The notes under the pieces: model-generated | Seen by the model: the letters and a program-made list of their open reading frames with translations, nothing else | Told to the model about the DNA's origin: nothing | The model's database searches: none | Made by a program: the position numbers and the translations under genes | Part shown: positions 56,611 through 64,000 of the stretch, in pieces | Layout of the letters: each line of letters opens with the position of its first letter | Position numbering within the stretch: position 1 is the first letter of the stretch | IMG/VR virus record: IMGVR_UViG_3300042890_001842 | Span: 32,001-96,000 of that record | Strand: one strand, 5' to 3' | Origin: a virus | DNA: 64,000 bases

Positions 56611-58809
56611 CTATGCTGCTATTAAAGTTCTCATTGCTTTTGCTACTAGCCCACCATTTCCTGTAGTTGGAGTAACTGTAATAGTTACCGTTCCAGCTGT
56701 GAGAGTTGCAGTAATTGTGAATAAATCTGTAGATGTCATAACGTTACCATATTCTGAAATATGAACATCTGCAGCATTAACGGTAACTAGTAGTTCTGTT
56801 AATTCACGCTCATTTCCGCTTTTTCCTTGAATCAGATACTTTCCAGAAGTAAATGATGCTACTGCAAATGTATCCAAGGTATAACCAGTTCCAGCAGTCG
56901 CACATGTGACTGTTACAGAAGAGTCTTGTGAGTTTGCATATGCTACAGATGTTGCTGTAGCTGCTCCTATAGTTGGAGTTGTTAGTGTTGGGGAGTTTGC
57001 GAATACTAGACCACCAGATGATCCTTGCTCATCAGTTATGGCTGCTGCTAGGTTTGCTGAAGATGGAGTTGTCAAGAATGTTGCAATTCCTGATCCCATT
57101 TGAGTAACGCTTAGAGTACCGTCTCCACCAGATGTAGTTACAAGACCATTTGTTGTTAATGAGCCTAGCTTCTTATTGGTTAAGCTTTCTGTTCCAGCCA
57201 AAGTAGCAAGTGTTCCAGTAGTTGGAAGAGTTACGCTTGTATTTCCAGTTGCTGTAAATGTTTGTGTAAATGAACCAGAGTGTGTAACGTTTCCTGCCAA
57301 AGTAATTGTATTTGAACCATTATTTACTCCAGTACCACCGTATGTTGAACCAATTACTGATCCTTGCCAAGTGCCTGTTCCAATTGTTCCAAGTGTTGTA
57401 ATTGATGTTTGTCCAACATATGTTGATGCAATATCAATGCTATCTGAATTTACGGTAATTCTATTTGAAGTTCCGCCTACATCATATGCATTTCCATTTT
57501 TTACAAGACCAGCTCCAGCTGTTGCTGTAGATGCTCCTGAGAACTGTGTCCATGTTACTGCGTCTGTTCCAATTGTTGTAACTTTTGCAGTTTGAACCCA
57601 TAAAGTTGTTCCGTTCGTTGTACCTGATGCTACATAAACAAGATCTCCTGATCCCATTTCTGGTGTAGTGTTTTGATCTTCAGCACGTGTAAGTACCCAA
57701 GCTACTGCTCCTGTACCAAGAGTTGTAATAGTATAAATACCATTTTGCAATGCTGTTGTTTGGTTCTTAACAAGCACTCTGTCATTTAGTACTGGTGTCT
57801 GACCATCGATTGTAAATGCTGCCAGTGTTCCAGAGTTTGTAAGTGTTGCTCCAACTCCAGATGTTCCATTGCTATATGTTGCAGTTAAGTTAGCAGTTGT
57901 TGATGCTACTACTGCTGCGTGAGCATTTAATCCTGCTGCTGCATTATCAACATATTGCTTTGTTGCTGCTTGTAGTGCAGATGAAGGATCTTGAGCTAAT
58001 GTTACTGTTCCAGTAAATGTTGGATTATTCAGAGGAGCTCTAGATGTATCAGTTGGGTGAACGTGATCTTGTCTTGCTACTGTTGTTGAAGTTCCAACTG
58101 CAGCCGTTCCATTCATTGGTGAAGTTGCGCTTGCAAGTGCTGTTATGCTATTAAAAGATGTACCAGTTGCAACGCCAATATTTGGAGTTGTAAGAGTTGG
58201 AGATGTTGCAAATACTAATGCGCCAGATCCAGTTTCATCTGAAATAATTCCAGCCAACTGTGAAGATGTAGTTGATGAAAATGCGCTTAGGTTATTTGAT
58301 GTATATGCTACTGTTCCGCCTGCGCCAAATGCTACAGAAGAAGCATCAGTTCCTGTAAATGTTAATGTATTGCTTGCTGTAAGAGTTTTTCCGTCTGCAA
58401 TTGTTAATGTTGACCCTGTAGCAGGAGCAGTAAATGCAACTTTGTTGATAGATGTTGCTGTAGCTATGCCTAGAGTTGGAGTTATAAGAGTTGGGCTTGA
58501 TGCAAATACGAGAGATCCGCTACCAGTCTCATCAGAAATTATTCCAGCTAATTGTGAAGAAGTTGTTGATGAAAAGAATCCAAGATTGTTAGAGCTGAGT
58601 GCTAGCGTTCCAGCAGCATCTTGAATAGTAATTGCTCTTGATGCAGTAAGCGTAGTTGGGCTAATTGTAGCAGCATATGTTCCGCTTCCACCTGCCCTAC
58701 CAGTAATGATGACCGCATCTTGTGTATCCGCTGGTCTTACAATAATTCCAGAGGAGCCCTCTACTACCGCTCCACTTTTTACTCTAAAAGACTTATCTAT
58801 TGTTGCCAT
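56611..58809 (-). CDS. Long fibre-like virion protein with three internal SDETGSG.LVF..SPTL.TP repeats
   Basis: T/S/G-rich; AATKQYVD, DRVLVKNQT...NGIY fibre motifs. Confidence 0.7.
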   Translation of the reverse strand: MATIDKSFRVKSGAVVEGSSGIIVRPADTQDAVIITGRAGGSGTYAATISPTTLTASRAITIQDAAGTLALSSNNLGFFSSTTSSQLAGIISDETGSGSLVFASSPTLITPTLGIATATSINKVAFTAPATGSTLTIADGKTLTASNTLTFTGTDASSVAFGAGGTVAYTSNNLSAFSSTTSSQLAGIISDETGSGALVFATSPTLTTPNIGVATGTSFNSITALASATSPMNGTAAVGTSTTVARQDHVHPTDTSRAPLNNPTFTGTVTLAQDPSSALQAATKQYVDNAAAGLNAHAAVVASTTANLTATYSNGTSGVGATLTNSGTLAAFTIDGQTPVLNDRVLVKNQTTALQNGIYTITTLGTGAVAWVLTRAEDQNTTPEMGSGDLVYVASGTTNGTTLWVQTAKVTTIGTDAVTWTQFSGASTATAGAGLVKNGNAYDVGGTSNRITVNSDSIDIASTYVGQTSITTLGTIGTGTWQGSVIGSTYGGTGVNNGSNTITLAGNVTHSGSFTQTFTATGNTSVTLPTTGTLATLAGTESLTNKKLGSLTTNGLVTTSGGDGTLSVTQMGSGIATFLTTPSSANLAAAITDEQGSSGGLVFANSPTLTTPTIGAATATSVAYANSQDSSVTVTCATAGTGYTLDTFAVASFTSGKYLIQGKSGNERELTELLVTVNAADVHISEYGNVMTSTDLFTITATLTAGTVTITVTPTTGNGGLVAKAMRTLIAA

Positions 58810-58821
58810 ATTCTATCTCCC

Positions 58822-59640
58822 TTAAAACTTTATTCCAGTTCTAAAAAATCTTACCGTTATAGGGGATTTTCCAGATACTGGCGTAATCTTTAAACTAATT
58901 ATACCACTTGTTTTTTCTGCTGATACCGTGGCTAGCTCAGTACTTGAGTATACATCTCCATACTGAGAAATCAATAAATTTGAGCCATCATTGGCTACAA
59001 TTACCTCTGTAACATGAACTTCATTAGAATATACAAATTGAAGCAAATACTTTAAAGTTCGCCATTCTGTGTCTGAGGTGGTATCTACCGTTGTCTGATT
59101 TTCTATACCAGACACTATAGATTCTAAATTATTTGTCTTTATACCTACATTAGATATACTATTAGTAACATCTGAGGTTAAAGCAACTGTTCCAGTATTA
59201 TCTGGCAGTGTTATTGTTCTGTCCGCCGTAGGATCTAAAAGTGTTAGTATGGTCTCAAATTCATTTGCTGTTAGCCCCTCGAAAATAATATTGTCACTGA
59301 TTATAGGACTAGTTAGGGTTTTATTTGTTAAAGTTTGCGTTCCAGAATTTGTTGTTACCGTAGAATCTATATCTAAAGTTATAGTATTGGTACCATCATC
59401 GTATGTTTTGTCAAGACCAGTTCCAGCCACTAGAGCATTATTTACTGCATCTTGAGACAATTCGTCTAAATCAGAAGGTAGAATTGATGCATAAGAAAGA
59501 GATGTCCAATTTGATGAACCATTTCCTATTTTAAACTTTCCAGTATTAGTCTCAAAACCAATTTCGCCTGCTGATAAAACTGTATTACTGGAAGTCCAGT
59601 TTGATGATGTATCTCTTCTTACTTGAATCTTCGTTGCCAT
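58822..59640 (-). CDS. Fibre protein with an Mtd_N / hyaluronidase-type N-terminal domain
   Basis: IQVRRDT..NW...N.VL..GEIGFETNTGKFKIGNG..W..L.Y. Confidence 0.75.
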   Translation of the reverse strand: MATKIQVRRDTSSNWTSSNTVLSAGEIGFETNTGKFKIGNGSSNWTSLSYASILPSDLDELSQDAVNNALVAGTGLDKTYDDGTNTITLDIDSTVTTNSGTQTLTNKTLTSPIISDNIIFEGLTANEFETILTLLDPTADRTITLPDNTGTVALTSDVTNSISNVGIKTNNLESIVSGIENQTTVDTTSDTEWRTLKYLLQFVYSNEVHVTEVIVANDGSNLLISQYGDVYSSTELATVSAEKTSGIISLKITPVSGKSPITVRFFRTGIKF

Positions 59641-59659
59641 TTTACCTCCCTATTAATTA

Positions 59660-60064
59660 TCATACATTATAATATGCATTGATAAAGGTTCCTTCTGTTG
59701 AATAGCCGCCATCCAAAACTAAATCAAAACTCATTGTTGAAGCTCCACCGCCATCTATTGGACTTTGAGCTTCAGATCTATAAGCTATTTCGTTCCATAT
59801 ATTATTATAAGCAATAGCAAAACTATTTGTAACTGTGTTAAATGCTATTGTACCATTAACTGGTGACGATGCATATTCATTTACAATCTGAACAGAATTT
59901 GCTGTTGCTGCCGATGTTGTCGATGCAAGAGCAATCCATGTCGATCCGTTATAAAGCTTTAAAAGATTTAAAGAAGTATTAAAATAAATAGCACCAACTG
60001 TTCCACCCGCTGGATCTGAATCTAAAGAGGGCGGAACAATAGGCGTTAAATATTTTCTTGCCAC
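59660..60064 (-). CDS. Small fibre-associated protein
   Basis: Two G.I.FNT repeats and C-terminal DGG motifs. Confidence 0.6.
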   Translation of the reverse strand: MARKYLTPIVPPSLDSDPAGGTVGAIYFNTSLNLLKLYNGSTWIALASTTSAATANSVQIVNEYASSPVNGTIAFNTVTNSFAIAYNNIWNEIAYRSEAQSPIDGGGASTMSFDLVLDGGYSTEGTFINAYYNV

Positions 60065-60066
60065 TT

Positions 60067-61575
60067 TTAACCAACTACTACTACTCTATATTGATTTGCA
60101 GATGGTGCTGTTGCAAATTTAATTGTAACTGTATTTACTCCTGTATGTTCAACATCTGGAAAGACCTCAGCATATGGTGAGTTATTATCATAAACAGCAA
60201 CGGTAACATCTCTTGTATTAAAATTGTGAGTTACTGTGTGTGAAGTTGCTGATGAAATATCTTCTGAGTGCTTACGAACTCCATAACCTGAAGCAAATCC
60301 AAGTACTCCAGTTGAAAATTGCAATCCAGTTCCAGCATTTATTCCTAGACCATTTATGTCTACAGATAAGCCACGAGATGTATCAGTCTTTACTTCAATT
60401 GCACCACCAGTATTTGTAAGAGATGCATTTCCGCTGCTTGGAGTTACATCTGCACTAAATACTGTGCCAGTTAAAGTTAGTCCTGATCCAGCTGTATAAG
60501 TTCCAGCTCCTGAAAATTGAGTAAAGCTAATTGCATCTGTACCTATTGTTGCTGGCTTTAAAGTTTGAACCCAGCCAGTAGAAGCATAAGTGGTACCTTC
60601 TGATACATATATAAAGTCTCCAGATGCTACTTCTAATGCTGTATCAAAATCTGTTGCACGAACTGCTGATCCAGAAGATTGAACAACATAAATACCATTT
60701 TGTGATCCTGTAGTTTGTGCATTAACAAGTACTCTATCTCCTGCGACAAGAGTTACTCCATCAATTATATCTCCAGCTTCAAGTGCTGTAGACAAATCAA
60801 TATTTGATGCTACATAAACTCTGGCTGCAGCATGGATATGAAGTCCTTCTGAAACTGCATCCACATAGCCCTTTGTTGCTGCATCAGCTGAATTAACAGG
60901 TGTTGCAAGATTTGTAATTGTTTGGCTATTCATTGAGAATGAAGAGCTTGGGGCTGTTAAATCTGTTACCTTATTTGTTGTTAAAATTACAGTTCCAGAT
61001 AAATCAGGAAGTGAAATTGTTCTATCATCTGTTGGATCTATAACTTGCAAATTAGTTTCAAAATTATTTGCTGTCGAACCCTCAAACACTATAGTGGAAT
61101 CACTTAAAGATAGTCCGCTAACTATTGGGGAGCCAATCGTTTTGTTTGTAAGTGTTTCTGCTCCAGATAATGTTGCAAAGTCCCCATCAGTCAGTGCTGT
61201 ATTAAACTCTGCTATGGTTCCAGAAACTGTATTTGAGCCAAGTGCAATAGTCTTATTTGTAAGAGTTTGCGTTCCGCTATTTGTTGTTACTGCCGAATCG
61301 ATCTGTAAAGTTAAAGTTCCATTATTATCATCGTATAGTTTATTAAGACCAGTTCCATTTATAATCATTGTAGAAACTACGTCTTGAATTACTTCTGCAG
61401 CACCTGATGCTGGAATCCATGCGGTTCCGTTGTAAAAGTATAAAATATTATCAGTAGTATCAAAATAAATTTGACCAGCTACTGGACTTGATGGTGCTGT
61501 ACTTAAATTTTGAACTCTAGCATTCTGAAGCTCGTTCTTATTCAGATTTATGCTGGTTACAAATAATCTTGCCAT
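60067..61575 (-). CDS. Fibre-like virion protein
   Basis: GQIYFDT, QTLTNKT repeats, AATKGYVD, DRVLV..Q...NGIY, C-terminal VTHNFNT.DV.V domain. Confidence 0.7.
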   Translation of the reverse strand: MARLFVTSINLNKNELQNARVQNLSTAPSSPVAGQIYFDTTDNILYFYNGTAWIPASGAAEVIQDVVSTMIINGTGLNKLYDDNNGTLTLQIDSAVTTNSGTQTLTNKTIALGSNTVSGTIAEFNTALTDGDFATLSGAETLTNKTIGSPIVSGLSLSDSTIVFEGSTANNFETNLQVIDPTDDRTISLPDLSGTVILTTNKVTDLTAPSSSFSMNSQTITNLATPVNSADAATKGYVDAVSEGLHIHAAARVYVASNIDLSTALEAGDIIDGVTLVAGDRVLVNAQTTGSQNGIYVVQSSGSAVRATDFDTALEVASGDFIYVSEGTTYASTGWVQTLKPATIGTDAISFTQFSGAGTYTAGSGLTLTGTVFSADVTPSSGNASLTNTGGAIEVKTDTSRGLSVDINGLGINAGTGLQFSTGVLGFASGYGVRKHSEDISSATSHTVTHNFNTRDVTVAVYDNNSPYAEVFPDVEHTGVNTVTIKFATAPSANQYRVVVVG

Positions 61576-61587
61576 TTTCTTTGCTCC

Positions 61588-62034
61588 TTAAGACAGGTAC
61601 GCTGTCCCTGCGAATGGTTGAGCCATTGTCAGTGTTAATATATAGTCATTATTATAGTATATTCCCGTTTCTAATACATCTTCAGCACTATTAATTACTG
61701 TTACGTTTGGCTTGAAGCCAAGGTTATGAATAATTAACACTGAAAATATACCATTAAACGGTCCATCTACTTGAGAAACTTCCCAGGACATTTCGTATGA
61801 AATTACGCCAGCATTTAAAAGAAAGCTGTTTGCTCCAACCCATGATAAGTCCGATAGCTTTGGACCATAAAACCTTGTAGTCTGGGTATCGTAAAAAAAA
61901 TCACCAGATACTCCAAGATTTGCAGCTGGGGCTCCAACTCCATTTAATATCGTTCTTCCAGCAGGACCTTGAACTCCTGATGACGAGACGATTACATCAT
62001 TGACTGTTTCATTTATTACTATGGTTTCTGTCAT
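61588..62034 (-). CDS. Fibre-associated protein
   Basis: G.GAP...LG..GDFFYD...YGPK and C-terminal HNLGFKPNVTV domain. Confidence 0.6.
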   Translation of the reverse strand: MTETIVINETVNDVIVSSSGVQGPAGRTILNGVGAPAANLGVSGDFFYDTQTTRFYGPKLSDLSWVGANSFLLNAGVISYEMSWEVSQVDGPFNGIFSVLIIHNLGFKPNVTVINSAEDVLETGIYYNNDYILTLTMAQPFAGTAYLS

Positions 62035-62387
62035 TATATTGTCACCGATCTGCTTAAAGTAATAAATCCTTCAATTAGCTTTGTCTTAACAGTATTTGAA
62101 TCTGTTATCATTAGGTCATAAGAGGACTTTGGATAGAACAATTTATTTGTTTGAGTCGGAGTCATTCTAACAGTTAGCTTACCAAGTAGAGGATCTATTG
62201 TTATTCCACTAGCTGGTGACGTAAGGGTAAATGCCAACTTGCTTCCACCCTTTGTATCACGAACTTGCAATTTAGCTGATGCACCAGTTAAATTTATAGG
62301 TGTACCAGTTGGATCTTTATATTCGATTACAAAGGTAAAAGTAGTATTTTGATCTATTTCAAAATTCTTTTGTGTTGCCATTTTCAA
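62034..62387 (-). CDS. Ig-like virion (baseplate-upper-like) protein
   Basis: IDQNTTF, PINLTGA.AKLQVR and YDL...EG pattern. Confidence 0.6.
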   Translation of the reverse strand: MKMATQKNFEIDQNTTFTFVIEYKDPTGTPINLTGASAKLQVRDTKGGSKLAFTLTSPASGITIDPLLGKLTVRMTPTQTNKLFYPKSSYDLMITDSNTVKTKLIEGFITLSRSVTI

Positions 62388-62405
62388 AATCTCCTAAATA
62401 GGAAA

Positions 62406-62433
62406 ACTCCTATGCTTATTTTAGCATAGGAGT
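62406..62433 (-). terminator. Terminator hairpin that also contains an extended -10 element
   Basis: ACTCCTATGCT-N6-AGCATAGGAGT perfect 11-bp stem followed by TTT on the minus strand; TGCTAAAAT at 62418-62426. Confidence 0.6.
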
Positions 62434-62453
62434 CGTCCTAACTACTTATTTAA

Positions 62454-62681
62454 TTATGACTTCTTTGTAAATCCAAAAGCTGGCTCATTAGTATTGAGAG
62501 CCTTTAGAATCACTGGAAGTACCGCTGCGATTCCGCCCTTAACTAAATCTCCTGGATCAGTATTTCCTGTCATGTATAGAGCTATCGATGCACCTAAAAA
62601 GTGACGTCCATAGCTTGCTAACGCTGCTAGAATCTTTTCCTGCATTGTTACTTTCCCGTCTTTGTTTAGATCTTTATTCAT
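62454..62681 (-). CDS. Holin-like small membrane protein
   Basis: Two hydrophobic segments, basic C-terminus, AGGAGG RBS. Confidence 0.5.
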   Translation of the reverse strand: MNKDLNKDGKVTMQEKILAALASYGRHFLGASIALYMTGNTDPGDLVKGGIAAVLPVILKALNTNEPAFGFTKKS

Positions 62682-62741
62682 TAGATCCTCCTATTTCTGA
62701 GCGGTGTGCCCAGGAATTTTGGGTTTTACCCCAATCCTATT

Positions 62742-62750
62742 ATTGTACCA
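62742..62750 (-). promoter_or_regulatory. Extended -10 promoter
   Basis: TGGTACAAT. Confidence 0.5.
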
Positions 62751-64000
62751 CTATGCTGAAATATCTACAATTTCACAATTGCCGTCAGAAGTACAGGCTA
62801 GAGTTTGTGTGCCAGAAGTTCCATCTTCTGTTTCATAAAAAGACAAATCCTCCCAACGAATATTTTTTGGCATTTTTGCAACAAGTGCTTCGTATTCTTC
62901 TCTTGTTACTTCTTGGTATGGAGCTTGCTTATATGAATGGTCTGAGTGAGGCAAAAATGAAATACCTGATACCTCATCAAAGTGCTTATAGACCCATGCT
63001 CCAACTTCCATCCATTCGTCTTCTTTTACAGAAACTGTAATTGAAGGCTTATGTTCACACCATGCACGTTGGTAAACTAACCAAGTATTTAAATGTTCTA
63101 TTGCTGTTAAATCATTTCTAGTAATTGCACCTTCTGGAGCTTTTACTGGGAATGAGAATACGTGAGTATCATTTGGCTTCATCACATCGTCTTCAACTGG
63201 AATTCCAACTTCCTTTAGAAATGTTGATAGCGGATCTTTCTTGTCGCCACGAACTGTACGAATATAATAATCTGAATGCCAAGCATGCATTCCTGAAGAA
63301 ACGCCAACCAGCTGAGAAACTGTTCCAGAAGGTTTTACACATGTAATAGCTGCAGACTCAGGGATACCAATCTTTCCAGCAATGTCTGAATTAACCTCTC
63401 TTGCTTTTTCTCTTAGTGTCATTAGAAATGCTTCTAGAGAAACAAGGTCTTCTTTACCTGACATAAACTTATGCCCAAATTGTCCAGTCAAAGAAACTCC
63501 TAGTAGTCTTTCTTCTTCTGTGTTGTCCTTCCAAATTTTACGAAGGTACTTAAAGTCTGTTAGCGTTGACTGCCACGTTCCAAGAATAGTTGCAAGTTCA
63601 ACTTTCCTTTCAATATCTTTCTTTGTATCACTTTCACGTAATACGACTTCTGAAAGATTACAAAACTGATAAGGACGTAGAATAATTTCGGAACATGGGT
63701 TTGTTCCATAATGTACTTCTGGATCTCTGCGTCCAAACTTTGCCGCTTGCTTTTGCGCTGCTGCAACATTATAAATTCCACGTTCGCCTGACTTTGAGTC
63801 ATATAATGATTTCCATTCTGCAATAAATTGTTCCATCTCTGGTTTTCTAGAATAAGCAACAGAGTTGTTTGAAAGTGCACGTTGTGAGTTATTCTCCCAC
63901 CAGTTACCTGATTTAGCTTGAGCCATCTCGATGTCATTGATGTTTGAAAGAGAAATCATTGCAGAGCGGCGAACTCCTCCGACAACAACAACTTCACCAA
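62751..64000 (-). CDS. nrdJ: Class II (adenosylcobalamin-dependent, RTPR-like) ribonucleotide reductase, 5' end outside the window
   Basis: GGVRRSAMISL, GTNPCSEI, FCNLSE, CVKPSGTVSQL, HKPSITV and a C-terminal C-x4-C pair. Confidence 0.9.
   Translation of the reverse strand, partial: GEVVVVGGVRRSAMISLSNINDIEMAQAKSGNWWENNSQRALSNNSVAYSRKPEMEQFIAEWKSLYDSKSGERGIYNVAAAQKQAAKFGRRDPEVHYGTNPCSEIILRPYQFCNLSEVVLRESDTKKDIERKVELATILGTWQSTLTDFKYLRKIWKDNTEEERLLGVSLTGQFGHKFMSGKEDLVSLEAFLMTLREKAREVNSDIAGKIGIPESAAITCVKPSGTVSQLVGVSSGMHAWHSDYYIRTVRGDKKDPLSTFLKEVGIPVEDDVMKPNDTHVFSFPVKAPEGAITRNDLTAIEHLNTWLVYQRAWCEHKPSITVSVKEDEWMEVGAWVYKHFDEVSGISFLPHSDHSYKQAPYQEVTREEYEALVAKMPKNIRWEDLSFYETEDGTSGTQTLACTSDGNCEIVDISA

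Noticed and set aside
62682-62750. tRNA gene
   Set aside because: No cloverleaf, T-loop (GTTCRA) or CCA end; no tRNA was recognised in any intergenic gap

Overview
This window is part of a large, AT-rich, long-tailed dsDNA phage genome (siphovirus-like), with essentially every real gene on the minus strand. Its gene content and order (DnaE polymerase, RecA, DnaB, primase, gp32-like SSB, Cas4-like nuclease, RuvC, class II RNR, 2500-aa tape measure) and its many extended -10, leaderless promoters resemble large actinobacterial phages such as Streptomyces BE/BK-like and freshwater actinophages; the host assignment is inference. In transcription order (right to left) the window holds: a partial class II ribonucleotide reductase; a holin-like gene; a chain of fibre-like virion genes; a 293-aa gene that is 241 aa of pure Pro/Phe/Tyr repeat with a Cys-rich tail; directly downstream, five prolyl-4-hydroxylase-type 2OG-Fe(II) oxygenases, two DUF6065-like proteins and a Cys-rich protein; the head-neck-tail module (with a -1 frameshifted tail chaperone and a tape measure carrying an ADP-ribosyltransferase-like insert); a second virion protein with a short copy of the same PFF repeat; the replication/recombination block; and a sugar-nucleotidyltransferase plus glycosyltransferase pair. 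The best candidate for an undescribed system is the PFF-repeat protein with its oxygenase cluster, a possible phage-encoded peptide or virion post-translational modification system. All product calls come from motif recognition only; no searches were run.
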